Counted from the first letter of the stretch, positions 9,494 to 19,970 are shown. The stretch: DNA of 64,000 nucleotides from Gammaproteobacteria bacterium (GCA_050298595.1 JBNKUM010000056.1:1-64000), one strand, 5' to 3'. Program-made: numbers and translations. The notes: generated from the letters alone by a model not told the origin.

Positions 9494-9965
9494 TTGGCCG
9501 ATTTTCTGTTTCATGCAGAATGTGGTTCTGCAATTTATCACGCGGGTGAATTTTGGGACAACCATGACAGAGCAGCCGCTATCGGCTTGCCTGACTCGAT
9601 AGCGCTCGGGCAACCCCTGGCAAATCACCCTCAGCAAGCAGCAAATCAACAAGGTCTTCCCTTGTGCTACACAACTTGTCCGTAAGAGTGAAAGTCAGCC
9701 CGTCAAAATCAATAGTGGGCAAGATCAGATCAATGTTGAAGTATTTCGTCTCGCGATCAATCGTCAGTATGGCTGGAATACGATACCGTCGAATGAGTTT
9801 AGTATTTCACAGCAAGCGTAAGGCTGGGTGTTAACTGGCCATGGGCGTGGTCATTTGGTAGGCCTGTGCCAACAACAGTCTAATCAGCTTGCAGGGCAGG
9901 GATCGCAGTATCATGAAATACTAAAGCTGTTTTATCCCTCGATAACAATAGAAAAGCTGAAATAG
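9494..9965 (+). pseudogene. SpoIID/LytB-domain protein relic
   Basis: Manual translation EVFRLAINRQYGWNTIPSNEFSISQQA*GWVLTGHGRGHLVGLCQQ...LAGQGSQYHEILKLFYP: SpoIID C-terminal GHGVGxxQ...ILxxYYP-like motif with an internal TAA. 5' boundary uncertain. Confidence 0.65.
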
Positions 9966-10105
9966 TGGAACAATTTAAGATACCCTTATTATTGTAAGCA
10001 TTTGACTCGCAAAGGGACTATACAGGCGATTTCGCAAGCTTGAAGGCCTGTGATGATGAGCATACAATCACTATACCTTTTACCTAATGATCAGGAGGAA
10101 AGACA

Positions 10106-10846
10106 ATGAAGGATATATTGAAGTGGTTTATGGTATCGACTCTGCTTATAACCGTCGTCGCAATACAGGCCGATCCTATCAAAGACAACGTGTTGGGAGG
10201 CTATAAGGCCGGCTGGTTCCCTAATATCTATAAAGGCAAGCTGATGAACTGCCCGCAGACTTGTAAAGTCAGGGTCAGTGGTATTTCGGAGCATGAAATG
10301 AGCATGGGTGCAAAAAGCAAGTTCACCAATGTATGTAAGGTTAGTAATGAAAAAGTTGTGGAGCAACCACAGCTACTACGCAGTGCAAAGTTCCTGTATG
10401 GCAACCAGTTCGACAAGAATCCGATCTGCTATACCACGGATATGGAAGGCAAACCGAAGAGAAGCAAAAATTTTTACTGCTTGTGCATTGCTGATCGTTG
10501 TAATGGTCCAGATCTGGTGGTAACTATAATAGAGCAGCCCGTGTGGGATAGCACCGCTCACCGCTCAGTTATCAAGGCTGTGATCCAAAATATTGGCAAC
10601 GCTGATGCAACTGCCAGTATTGCCCGCGTGATCGATCCTTCAACTCCACAACCAGGTGGTGCACCGTACAACGCAATTGCCAATACGCCTGTATTGGTGC
10701 CCGGAGCAACTGCGACTGTTACTTTCTACCTGCCATACTGGGTCTACAACCCAAATGCAGATCTTGAAGTGACAGCCGATTACAAAGGGATGGTCAAGGA
10801 GTGTAATGAGAAAAACAATACCGGGACCTTTCATCGGATGGGGTAA
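10106..10846 (+). CDS. Secreted Cys-rich protein with C-terminal CARDB (Ig-like) domain
   Basis: RBS AGGAGG, signal peptide, Cys-rich N-terminal half, PDLVVT...IQNIGNADA...ADYKGMVKECNEKNN. Confidence 0.7.
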   Translation: MKDILKWFMVSTLLITVVAIQADPIKDNVLGGYKAGWFPNIYKGKLMNCPQTCKVRVSGISEHEMSMGAKSKFTNVCKVSNEKVVEQPQLLRSAKFLYGNQFDKNPICYTTDMEGKPKRSKNFYCLCIADRCNGPDLVVTIIEQPVWDSTAHRSVIKAVIQNIGNADATASIARVIDPSTPQPGGAPYNAIANTPVLVPGATATVTFYLPYWVYNPNADLEVTADYKGMVKECNEKNNTGTFHRMG

Positions 10847-11306
10847 TGACGATACCTGATTGAATACTGCAGGGTGACTGCATTTTCATGATCTGTATTC
10901 AAGTTGCTTCGTAGTTTTTATGGTCAGTAGTTGTTGAGCAGCCAGGGCTTGTCGTGAGATAGCGTAAGGCAGCCCTGGCTTTTCTCAGCAACGCGAAGTG
11001 TCCGTAGAGAGGGTGTTTGTATGAAACGCATTGGCGTTGGTTATGGCTGTATTGATCGGCGGATGAGCCTCAACACCTGAGGTATTTGCCAATACGAGCA
11101 AAGGGCTAAAGGGCAGGATCGACGAAATCTAGCTGGTAATATCCGTTACCACCACAAAACGCCCGATAGCGATGGAATCTTCGCTATGCCATCTTTTCTA
11201 TTGCCAACTGGCTGCGCTGGTTCCCCACTGAAGAGCGAATCTGAGCAGATCCCATGGTGCGTTCTGGCACATAGCGACAGGATACCTGAGCAGCGACACA
11301 AGTCTA

Positions 11307-13058
11307 TTGAGTTTACGCTGGATAGCCATTTATGGGTACAATGCATCAATGGTTGAAACACAGCAAAATAATAATTTTTCTCCCTGGAATCCGGGGATCG
11401 AGTCAGAAATCCCATTAGCTTATCGCGAGCTGGAAACGATTTATAATTCGATCAATGTTTTCACTACGCTTGATGAGGTCAACCAGCTTGTCGCCGATAC
11501 CGGCCTCAGTGCCATGGAATTCATCAGCTTTCGTCCACAGCGACTGGCGCTGCACGAACTTATAGTCAGAGTCACTGCCGATATCGTCGTTCTGGAAGGC
11601 GAGGCCGAGGAGGATCTTGGTATCAATTTTCGAGCGATTACCAGACGATTTTTTGACCACTATATTCATCCTCATTTACCGGAGATTGAACACAGTTATG
11701 ATTCGCAGTGTGAGCGTATCGAGGCGTTGACGATGCAGGAACTCAATAGCGTAATCGAGAGATTAAGACCGCCCAAAGCACCTGCACCAACACTGTGGCA
11801 GCGACTGACAGGTAGCAAGCCCAAACCATCAGCGCCGCAGCAAACCCGAGAGGAACGCGAATTCGAACTGATCAATGAATATAAAACGCGCCAGCTTGCG
11901 ACCGATGATGAATTCGAAGCCTCGGTTTTTCGCAGCATTCACCGTGTACTCGGTTCAATCACTCGGACGCGCGGATTTATCGGCAACGATCCACAGTACC
12001 TGGCCCATATCTGCGTATTGCATGCCACTCATTATCTAACCAGTCGGCTCATCGGCCTCCAGGTAGGTGAACTGGTCAGAGTAGCGGTTGAGCAGGAGGG
12101 TTATGCTTTAATACCCGATGCTAAAAGCCCAGTGCTGTTCAGCCTCAAAGGTGCTTCAGCCTCTGGAAAAAGTTATATGCGCCCCATGCTGCGTTCCAAG
12201 ATGGCCAGTATAGGTATTGCTGACGATGCCTATGGCACGATCAGTCCAGATATCTGGAGAAAGTTGCTACTCGATTACGATACTCTGGGTGAGAGCTTTA
12301 AGTATGCCGGCCGTTTCACCAGCCATGAAGTCAGTGTCATCGATACAAAGCTAGACCGTTACATTCGCGACAAGGCTAAAAAAAGCCATTCGATTCCGCA
12401 TCTAGTGGTGGATCGCTTCCGCTTCGACAGTTTTGCCAGTGAAAAGATTGCTCGCGTTTTGCATAACACCTATGTGCGTTATATCGATACCATGTATATG
12501 TATTTCATCGTCACGCCCCCTGAGGCAACGGTCGAGCGAGGCTGGGCACGTGGTTTGGAACGCGGTCGCTACAAGGCGGTTGAGGATTATCTGGGGCACT
12601 GTGTGGAAGCCTATGAGGGCATGCCGAAGTTATTGTTCAAATGGCTTGCTTATAAAAAGCCGCGTTATTCCTTCAAGTTTATCGATAATAGCGTTCCCAA
12701 GGGATCTGTCCCGACATTGATTGCACGGGGCACTCAGGGCTGGATGCAGATATTCGAGCTCGAGCCACTCATCAATATTGAGAGATATACACGTATCAAT
12801 ATTCATGCGACCACACCCGAACAGGTTGCTGCCGATCCTGCTGAATTGACAGTGAAAAAAAATCTTGGCTTTCTGCGACAATGTATCAAGCGTATCGAGC
12901 ATATTGAATTTGTCGATACTGATAGCGACAGGATCTATCTTTCGATACGTTCGGGTAAGTTTGAAATCGTCGACAGGCAGCTGTTCGATATTAAGCTCGC
13001 CGATGAAGCCCTGCGCGAGATTATATTTGAGATTGCTCCAGACCTTGTGAGCGTATAG
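11307..13058 (+). CDS. Hypothetical protein with zeta-toxin-like P-loop kinase domain
   Basis: Long ORF with Walker A KGASASGKS, ISPD motif and R-rich lid (ERGWARGLERGRYK). Start may be the ATG at 11349. Confidence 0.6.
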   Translation: MSLRWIAIYGYNASMVETQQNNNFSPWNPGIESEIPLAYRELETIYNSINVFTTLDEVNQLVADTGLSAMEFISFRPQRLALHELIVRVTADIVVLEGEAEEDLGINFRAITRRFFDHYIHPHLPEIEHSYDSQCERIEALTMQELNSVIERLRPPKAPAPTLWQRLTGSKPKPSAPQQTREEREFELINEYKTRQLATDDEFEASVFRSIHRVLGSITRTRGFIGNDPQYLAHICVLHATHYLTSRLIGLQVGELVRVAVEQEGYALIPDAKSPVLFSLKGASASGKSYMRPMLRSKMASIGIADDAYGTISPDIWRKLLLDYDTLGESFKYAGRFTSHEVSVIDTKLDRYIRDKAKKSHSIPHLVVDRFRFDSFASEKIARVLHNTYVRYIDTMYMYFIVTPPEATVERGWARGLERGRYKAVEDYLGHCVEAYEGMPKLLFKWLAYKKPRYSFKFIDNSVPKGSVPTLIARGTQGWMQIFELEPLINIERYTRINIHATTPEQVAADPAELTVKKNLGFLRQCIKRIEHIEFVDTDSDRIYLSIRSGKFEIVDRQLFDIKLADEALREIIFEIAPDLVSV

Positions 13059-13074
13059 TCTGGAGACAAGGTCT

Positions 13075-13545
13075 TTGCCAGGGAACAGCACATCGATGAA
13101 ATCGCCAGATCAATCAGCTTTTGCTCAGTCCTTTAAAATTCGCTATTCACAGACTTTTTACCGCCTGGAAATTGCTCTGCACCTACTGGTATTGATCAGT
13201 ATGGTGCAAATTATTGACTGGCCTTACCTAGTATTATTTGTGTGGTTGTTTTTATTACTCGGATGGCAGTTTTGTAGCAATCACTCCAAAAGCAGACAGT
13301 ACAGTAACGATTGCCAGATACAGATTTTGAATAATCCAGCAGGTATACATTGGACAGGGCCTGAAGGTGAATGTACCTATCCTGAGCATGAGATAAAATT
13401 ACTAATGACTCGATGGTTTATTCTGCTAGAGTTAGGTCAGTGTCAAACGAAGATAAGGCGCTTATTACTCGTAGATAGCTTTGACAGTCTCGAGTCATAT
13501 TCAAATTGTAGAAAATTATTACTGAGACTAAATTATGCTAGCTGA
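13075..13545 (+). CDS. YgfX (CptA)-like inner membrane protein
   Basis: Two N-terminal TM helices; C-terminal LLLVDSFDSLESYSNCRKLL resembles the YgfX DS...RxL motif. Confidence 0.55.
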   Translation: MPGNSTSMKSPDQSAFAQSFKIRYSQTFYRLEIALHLLVLISMVQIIDWPYLVLFVWLFLLLGWQFCSNHSKSRQYSNDCQIQILNNPAGIHWTGPEGECTYPEHEIKLLMTRWFILLELGQCQTKIRRLLLVDSFDSLESYSNCRKLLLRLNYAS

Positions 13546-14002
13546 TTTTGAATCGGTTAAAACCGGTCAAATCATAAAACCCAGAACCTTCTCCGGCTTA
13601 ATGGATTTATATGAACACAACTTCCTGCGAATTAGAAAAATTGTGCCTGATCTGGATATTGCAGATGAAATGATTTCTCTCTCTCCTGGTCATCTGGATC
13701 TTTTTCTGTCCGTACAGGAAAGATGCAAATACACCACTATGCTGCGCATGACCTATCAATTTCAACAACAGGACAAGGTTATACTTCAACCTGATCTGCA
13801 TATACGTATCTATCACGATGCAAATATTGCTGAGGTACACGATAGACTGGACAAAAACCATCAGAGAATCTATTCAGGTGACACGCTACAGCAAAAATGG
13901 AAACTCAATCGTTTTCTGTATAAATGGTTAGGTTACTGTATTTATCAGGGACATTGTTTTCATCCTATCTCCAATTTAAAGCGTTTAAATAGCTCGCGTT
14001 AA
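13535..14002 (+). CDS. DUF1249 (YqiB-like) protein
   Basis: LMDLYEHNF, ERCKYTT, IRIYHDA, KWKLNRFLYKWLGYC. Confidence 0.85.
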   Translation: MLADFESVKTGQIIKPRTFSGLMDLYEHNFLRIRKIVPDLDIADEMISLSPGHLDLFLSVQERCKYTTMLRMTYQFQQQDKVILQPDLHIRIYHDANIAEVHDRLDKNHQRIYSGDTLQQKWKLNRFLYKWLGYCIYQGHCFHPISNLKRLNSSR

Positions 14003-14103
14003 TTATCAATACTTTCCCCTAAGTGACTGATATTCTGTTTAATTATTTTATTTTCCTGCAATTAGACTTAAATTAGACTTGACCTGAAAGGCATCATCCG
14101 ATA

Positions 14104-14130
14104 AATTCCTGACTAAATTAGTCAGGAATT
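14104..14130. promoter_or_regulatory. IscR type-1 operator (autoregulation)
   Basis: Palindrome AATTCCTGACTA-AAT-TAGTCAGGAATT with a GACT...AGTC core, just upstream of iscR. Confidence 0.8.
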
Positions 14131-14142
14131 AAAGGTGAGCCC

Positions 14143-14625
14143 ATGAAACTGTCTACAAAAGGTCGTTATGCTGTAACCGCAATGATGGATATTGCGCTGC
14201 ACGAGAAGGTTGGTCCGGTAACTCTAGCCGATATATCCCAATGCCAGGGGATATCGCTTTCTTACCTGGAGCAGCTATTTTCTAAACTTAGAAAGCATGG
14301 ACTGGTCAAGGGTGTACGTGGCCCCGGTGGTGGTTATCGCCTAGCCAAATCAGCAGATCAGATCTCTGTAGCCGATATTATTGATTCGGTAGATGAAAAA
14401 CTGGATCTGACCAAATGTGGCGGCAAGGGCGATTGCAATAATGGTGAAAAATGCCTGACTCACAAGTTATGGTTCGATCTTACCTGCGATTTGCATAAAT
14501 TTTTATCTGGGGTAAAGCTTGATCAATATGTCAATCGTCCTCATATTGGTGAACTAGTACAAAAACAGGATGTACAATATGGACGTTTTATAAATCGTCG
14601 TTCATCTACAGTTGTAGTAGCCTAG
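14143..14625 (+). CDS. iscR: Fe-S cluster assembly transcription factor IscR
   Basis: [25 protein letters not shown], three Cys plus LTH. Confidence 0.95.
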   Translation: MKLSTKGRYAVTAMMDIALHEKVGPVTLADISQCQGISLSYLEQLFSKLRKHGLVKGVRGPGGGYRLAKSADQISVADIIDSVDEKLDLTKCGGKGDCNNGEKCLTHKLWFDLTCDLHKFLSGVKLDQYVNRPHIGELVQKQDVQYGRFINRRSSTVVVA

Positions 14626-14632
14626 TGGAGAA

Positions 14633-15865
14633 ATGAATTCAATGAGTAACATCAAACTTCCAATTTATCTGGATTACAGTGCAACAACACCCATAGATGA
14701 ACGTGTTGCAGCTAAGATGGCCGAGTACCTCACCATCGATGGTAAATTTGGCAACCCTGCCTCACGCAGCCATGAGTTTGGCTGGACGGCTGAGCAGGCT
14801 GTAGATCTGGCGCGTCAGCAGGTTGCTGACCTGGTCAATGCTGATCCCAGAGAAATCATCTGGACCAGTGGGGCTACTGAATCAGATAATCTGGCAATCA
14901 AAGGTGCTGCGCATTTCTACAAAAAGAAAGGCAATCATATCATTACCGTTAAAACTGAGCATAAAGCCGTGCTTGACACCTGTCGTCAACTGGAGCGCGA
15001 AGGTTTTGAGGTGACTTATTTAGATCCTGAAGAAAACGGTTTACTGGACCTGGAAAAATTTAAAGCCGCAATCCGTCCGGAAACTATTCTAGCCTCCGTG
15101 ATGCACGTTAACAATGAAATTGGCGTGATTCAGGATATCGCCTCGATTGGTGAAATCTGCCGTGAAAAGGGTGTTATATTCCATGTGGATGCAGCCCAGT
15201 CTCCAGGTAAGGTGTCTATCGACCTGTCTGAGTTAAAGGTTGATCTAATGTCTTTCTGTGCACATAAAGTGTATGGCCCAAAAGGTATCGGTGCGTTATT
15301 CGTACGTCGTAAGCCACGTATTCGTCTGGAAGCACAAATGCATGGCGGTGGCCATGAACGTGGATTACGTTCAGGTACCCTGGCAACACATCAGATAGTT
15401 GGTATGGGCGAAGCATTCCGCATTGCGAAGGAAGAAATGGCGACTGAAAATGAGCGCATCCGTATGATTCGGGATCGTTTATATAATGGTCTAAATGATA
15501 TGGAAGAGGTGTATCTCAATGGTGATCTGGAGCATCGCATTGCTGGCAACTTGAATATCAGCTTTAACTTTGTTGAAGGAGAATCGCTCATCATGGCGTT
15601 ACGTGACCTGGCGGTTTCTTCTGGTTCAGCCTGCACATCAGCCAGCCTGGAGCCTTCATACGTACTGCGAGCTTTAGGACGCAACGATGAACTGGCACAT
15701 AGCTCAATCCGGTTTACTATCGGGCGATATACTACGATCGAAGAAATCGATTACACCATCGAACTGGTTAAAAAGGCAGTTATAAAATTACGAGAACTTT
15801 CGCCCCTGTGGGATATGTATAAGGCGGGAGTCGATCTAAATTCTGTTGAATGGGTTGCCCATTAA
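14633..15865 (+). CDS. iscS: Cysteine desulfurase IscS
   Basis: [33 protein letters not shown]. Confidence 0.97.
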   Translation: MNSMSNIKLPIYLDYSATTPIDERVAAKMAEYLTIDGKFGNPASRSHEFGWTAEQAVDLARQQVADLVNADPREIIWTSGATESDNLAIKGAAHFYKKKGNHIITVKTEHKAVLDTCRQLEREGFEVTYLDPEENGLLDLEKFKAAIRPETILASVMHVNNEIGVIQDIASIGEICREKGVIFHVDAAQSPGKVSIDLSELKVDLMSFCAHKVYGPKGIGALFVRRKPRIRLEAQMHGGGHERGLRSGTLATHQIVGMGEAFRIAKEEMATENERIRMIRDRLYNGLNDMEEVYLNGDLEHRIAGNLNISFNFVEGESLIMALRDLAVSSGSACTSASLEPSYVLRALGRNDELAHSSIRFTIGRYTTIEEIDYTIELVKKAVIKLRELSPLWDMYKAGVDLNSVEWVAH

Positions 15866-15888
15866 GCAATGATATTGAGGTAATAAGC

Positions 15889-16266
15889 ATGGCATATAGT
15901 GAAAAAGTACTTGATCATTATGAAAATCCTAGAAATGTCGGAGTTCTGGATGATGACAATAGTGTAGGAACCGGAATGGTTGGTGCACCCGCCTGTGGTG
16001 ATGTAATGAAACTACAGATCAAGGTAGGTGCTGATGGCATCATCGAAGATGCAAAATTCAAAACCTATGGATGTGGTTCTGCCATCGCTTCCAGTTCGTT
16101 GGTAACCGAATGGGTTAAAGGGAAAACTCTGGATGAAGCCGCGCAAATCAAAAATACACAGATCGCCGAAGAGCTGGCTCTACCACCGGTTAAAATTCAT
16201 TGTTCGGTACTCGCTGAAGATGCGATTGCTGCTGCGATTTCAAATTACAAAGAGAAGAATAAATAA
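15889..16266 (+). CDS. iscU: Fe-S scaffold IscU
   Basis: MAYSEKVLDHYENPRN, GAPACGD, LPPVKIHC; RBS GAGG before the ATG at 15889. Confidence 0.97.
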   Translation: MAYSEKVLDHYENPRNVGVLDDDNSVGTGMVGAPACGDVMKLQIKVGADGIIEDAKFKTYGCGSAIASSSLVTEWVKGKTLDEAAQIKNTQIAEELALPPVKIHCSVLAEDAIAAAISNYKEKNK

Positions 16267-16287
16267 CGCTCTTTTTGTGAATTAGAG

Positions 16288-16314
16288 AAGCCTGCATTTT
16301 GCAGGCTTTTTTTT
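16288..16314 (+). terminator. Rho-independent terminator after iscU
   Basis: AAGCCTGC-ATTTT-GCAGGCTTTTTTTT. Confidence 0.85.
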
Positions 16315-16362
16315 GCCTGAAAATTCGAATCTGAAAAATCTGAATCTGATAAAAAATCTGTC

Positions 16363-16392
16363 TTGACAGAATAACTTTGTGACGTTTATAGT
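16363..16392 (+). promoter_or_regulatory. Putative sigma70 promoter of the ilv leader
   Basis: TTGACA (16363), 18-bp spacer, TATAGT (16387). Confidence 0.6.
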
Positions 16393-16419
16393 CAGGCCTA
16401 AATTTTATAAAGATTTAAT

Positions 16420-16497
16420 ATGAACCTTAACGCTAATTCCCTGTTCAACGTCGTCGTCCATTTTCTAGTGGTCGTGGTCGTGCCTATCGCACCGTAA
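16420..16497 (+). CDS. ilvBN attenuator leader peptide (IvbL-like)
   Basis: MNLNANSLFNVVVHFLVVVVVPIAP*: Val/Leu runs followed by a terminator hairpin. Confidence 0.85.
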   Translation: MNLNANSLFNVVVHFLVVVVVPIAP

Positions 16498-16520
16498 CGG
16501 GAAGGAGCTTAAAGAATCCA

Positions 16521-16561
16521 AAACCCCCGTCCGGTGCGAACCGGCGGGGGTTTCTTCGTTT
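16521..16561 (+). terminator. Attenuator terminator of ilvBN
   Basis: AAACCCCCGTCCGGT-GCGA-ACCGGCGGGGGTTTCTTCGTTT. Confidence 0.85.
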
Positions 16562-16608
16562 AAGACCCGTCGATTCCTTTCCGGACGATCAAACAGGAGA
16601 TTGATCTG

Positions 16609-18288
16609 ATGATAAAACGAACGGGCGCTGACCTTACTATCAACCTTTTACAGCGTCAGGGCATTACCCATATCGCCGGGATACCCGGTGGCGCCAACTT
16701 ACCTTTGTATGATGCGCTAAGCCGTAGTCCTATTCGGCATGTGCTTGCACGTCACGAGCAGGGGGCAGGGTTTATCGCACAGGGTATGGCGAGGGTCTCC
16801 GGCCGAGCAGCAGTGTGTTTCGCAACCTCGGGTCCAGGTGCTACTAATGTGTTAACCGCATTAGCCGATGCGCATCTCGACTCTATTCCTGTTATCTGTA
16901 TTACCGGCCAGGTGTCATTGCCATTAATTGGCTCTGATGCCTTTCAGGAAGTTGATATCTACGGGATGAGTCTTCCAGTTACTAAACACAACTTTCTGGT
17001 TCGTTCAGTTGAAGAGTTACTGGAGGTGATACCTGCTGCTTTTCGTATAGCCACTTCAGGCCGTCCGGGGCCTGTACTTATTGATATTCCCAAAGATGTT
17101 CAGCAGGCAGAAATCGAGTTTATGCAATGGCCTGATGCAGGCATACCAGAGGAAGCAATATCTGCACCTGTCGAGACTATAGCCTTAGCCGCGCAGGCGA
17201 TTGAAACCGCTGAAAGACCTGTACTTTATTTAGGGGGAGGCGTTATTCATGCTGGCGCATCCAGCCTTGCTCAGGCACTTGCTGATAAATCCGATTTACC
17301 GACAGTAATGACTTTGATGGCACTGGGCGTAATGGATACGGAACATCCACTATCATTGGGCATGTTAGGTATGCACGGTGCGGCTGCAACCAACCACGCT
17401 TTGCACCGAAGCGATCTGTTAATAACTGTTGGTGCACGTTTTGATGATCGAGCTACCGGACGTCTCGCCGAATTCTGCCCTGATGCAAGGGTTATTCATA
17501 TTGATATCGATGCCAGTGAACTGCATAAATTAAGGTATGCAGATATTCCATTGCGAGGAGATGTTAAGCCCACATTGGAATTATTACTGCAAAAGGTTAC
17601 AGAGCGTAAACGTGATAGCTGGAATAAGGAAATCTACCTGTTAAAGCAACAATATCCAGCGACTGTGTATGCAAGTGACCTGTCCCGACCCAGAGACCTG
17701 ATACGCAATATTGCCCGTCTTCTTGGACCTCATGCCCTGGTTGCCACTGATGTTGGTCAGCATCAGATGTGGACAGCTCAGTCCTATCACTTTACTCAAC
17801 CGAGGCAATGGCTAACCTCCGGTGGTCTTGGCACTATGGGCTTCGGCTTACCCGCAGCCATAGGAGCGGCCCTGGCCGAACCTGATCGACCTGTTGTGTG
17901 CTTTAGTGGAGATGGCAGTATCCTGATGAATATTCAGGAACTGGCAACTGCTGCGGAGCAGGGGCTCAACATCAAACTTATATTGCTGAATAATGGTGCT
18001 TTAGGTCTGGTACGTCAGCAACAGGATTTATTCTACAGTGGTAACCGCTTTGCTTCTGACCTGGGTAGCAGTCCAGATTTTTGTGCCATAGCCAGAGCTT
18101 TTGGCTGGTCTACTCTAGATCTGGCGCAAACTGACTTTAATCTGGAAAGTCTGGCAGCAGCTCTCAATACAACTGGACCCCAGCTTATTCATGTACCCAT
18201 AGATGGCGCTGCGCGAGTTTATCCAATGGTGCCTCCAGGAGGTGCAAATCATCAAATGCTAACAGGAGCAGAACATGGACAACAGTAA
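16609..18288 (+). CDS. ilvB: Acetolactate synthase large subunit
   Basis: GIPGGA, RHEQGAGF, TSGPGATN, DVGQHQMW, GDGS...NN TPP motif. Confidence 0.93.
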   Translation: MIKRTGADLTINLLQRQGITHIAGIPGGANLPLYDALSRSPIRHVLARHEQGAGFIAQGMARVSGRAAVCFATSGPGATNVLTALADAHLDSIPVICITGQVSLPLIGSDAFQEVDIYGMSLPVTKHNFLVRSVEELLEVIPAAFRIATSGRPGPVLIDIPKDVQQAEIEFMQWPDAGIPEEAISAPVETIALAAQAIETAERPVLYLGGGVIHAGASSLAQALADKSDLPTVMTLMALGVMDTEHPLSLGMLGMHGAAATNHALHRSDLLITVGARFDDRATGRLAEFCPDARVIHIDIDASELHKLRYADIPLRGDVKPTLELLLQKVTERKRDSWNKEIYLLKQQYPATVYASDLSRPRDLIRNIARLLGPHALVATDVGQHQMWTAQSYHFTQPRQWLTSGGLGTMGFGLPAAIGAALAEPDRPVVCFSGDGSILMNIQELATAAEQGLNIKLILLNNGALGLVRQQQDLFYSGNRFASDLGSSPDFCAIARAFGWSTLDLAQTDFNLESLAAALNTTGPQLIHVPIDGAARVYPMVPPGGANHQMLTGAEHGQQ

Positions 18289-18577
18289 TCAAATCATGCA
18301 CAAACAGGCTATTCTCGAACTCACTGTGGATAACCATCCAGGAGTCATGTCGCATGTCTGCGGTTTATTCTCACGTCGTGCTTTTAATGTAGATGGTATT
18401 CTCTGTATGCCCTTGAGCGATAATAAAACCAGTCAGATCTGGTTGCGAGTACAGGAAACCGAAAGGCTTGCGCAGGTCGAAAGCCAGCTGCATAAATTAC
18501 ACGATGTGCATTCTGTCAAACGCCATCCGCCAGATCATGCGGTGTTCGATCATATGCAGGGCTTTTTTCAGCAATGA
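18275..18577 (+). CDS. ilvN: Acetolactate synthase small subunit (ACT domain)
   Basis: NHPGVMSHVCGLFSRRAFNVDGILC. Confidence 0.9.
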   Translation: MDNSNQIMHKQAILELTVDNHPGVMSHVCGLFSRRAFNVDGILCMPLSDNKTSQIWLRVQETERLAQVESQLHKLHDVHSVKRHPPDHAVFDHMQGFFQQ

Positions 18578-18606
18578 TTTTTGCCAGTATTACGATGAAC
18601 TACACA

Positions 18607-19038
18607 TTATTCAGGATCAGGTTTTTTAGGTGGTAGTTCGTCGTACATTGGTAAGGTATTCGGATCTGTATACCAGACTGCACGTGAAGCGCAGAAAATA
18701 CTTTGTGTAGGTCGAATAACAGGATCATCATCCAGAGTCCCAGCAGGAATGACTACAAAAGTTCCGCTCTGGCTAACCCAGGGTAGTGATGATCCGCAGT
18801 TACCGCAGAAAGACGTGGCGAAATATTTGGCTTCCTTAAGTTCGAATCGTCCAACATCTTGCTCGCCTGTCAACCAGCGGAAATTTTCCGATGAAACTAT
18901 CAGGTTAGTGGCGAAGGCACTCCCGGTAAATTTACGGCAACGCGAACAATTGCAGTATTGGAAAATGCCGGGTTCTGCCGTGATTTCATAGGATACTTTG
19001 TTACACAGGCAACTGCCGCTTACGCAATAATCTGACAT
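18607..19038 (-). CDS. GFA family Zn-binding protein
   Basis: GSCLC, CNCSRCRK, FCGNCGS. Confidence 0.9.
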   Translation of the reverse strand: MSDYCVSGSCLCNKVSYEITAEPGIFQYCNCSRCRKFTGSAFATNLIVSSENFRWLTGEQDVGRFELKEAKYFATSFCGNCGSSLPWVSQSGTFVVIPAGTLDDDPVIRPTQSIFCASRAVWYTDPNTLPMYDELPPKKPDPE

Positions 19039-19097
19039 ACTACTGTTCTCATTTTTAATGTTTAAAATAAATTAAATCAATTACTTAAGATGACTTA

Positions 19098-19970
19098 TTA
19101 ATCCTGTTTCCCTTCAAATAACTCGCGTTTGTTATGTACAGATTCAATCATGAAATTCCGAAATGCAAGCACCCGTGCTGTGTGTTTTAGATCCGGGTGA
19201 AACAGTAACCACAGGCCCAGGTCATGCTCGGGGTCTGGGTCACAGTACCTTTCCAGTAACGGATCGCTATCGCCCATAAAACAGGGCAGGAAAGAAACGC
19301 CCAGGCCTTCACGGATTGCGGATAGCGTCAGCAGTGTGTCATCACTATAAAAGTCGAAAGATGTCTCCTGGCAATGCTGTCGGGTCCATGATTTGTGGAA
19401 AGCACAACAATTGACGCCTATCCATTTAGGATCTCCACCCATTTGTCTATGCTGTTTCAGGTATTCCCGGCTACCGTATATGGTAGAAGCAACCGTTACC
19501 ATACGTTTTCCAATTAAGGTTGGTGTTGGTGAGTTGGTCAGTCGGATGGCTATATCGGCTTCACGCTGTGGCAGGCTAGCATCGATATTGCTGACCATGA
19601 TGTGCAAATCTACCTGAGGGTTTTGCTTACTGAATTCGGCAAACATCGGCATTAATACTGTCGATGCCATGTTGTTGATAGCAGTCACCCGAAGCGGTCC
19701 GACCAGTTTTATATCCTTACCTAGAAGGGCGTCATCGATACTGATGACTTCGCCTTCCATGCGTAAGGCAGCCTGCTTGAGTTTCTCACCTGCTGAGGTT
19801 AGTTCGTAGCCAGAAGATTTACGTTCGATCAGACGCGCAGCCAGTTTGCTCTCCAACTGACGCATTCGACGAGATACGGTCGAGTGTTGTACCTCAAGCT
19901 GCCTGGCTGCACCGCTTATAGATCCTGTACGTGCAACTGCTAGAAAGAGTCTTATGTCATCCCAGTTCAT
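19098..19970 (-). CDS. LysR family transcriptional regulator
   Basis: MNWDDIRLFLAVARTGSISGAARQL HTH plus substrate-binding domain; divergent from the methyltransferase. Confidence 0.92.
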   Translation of the reverse strand: MNWDDIRLFLAVARTGSISGAARQLEVQHSTVSRRMRQLESKLAARLIERKSSGYELTSAGEKLKQAALRMEGEVISIDDALLGKDIKLVGPLRVTAINNMASTVLMPMFAEFSKQNPQVDLHIMVSNIDASLPQREADIAIRLTNSPTPTLIGKRMVTVASTIYGSREYLKQHRQMGGDPKWIGVNCCAFHKSWTRQHCQETSFDFYSDDTLLTLSAIREGLGVSFLPCFMGDSDPLLERYCDPDPEHDLGLWLLFHPDLKHTARVLAFRNFMIESVHNKRELFEGKQD

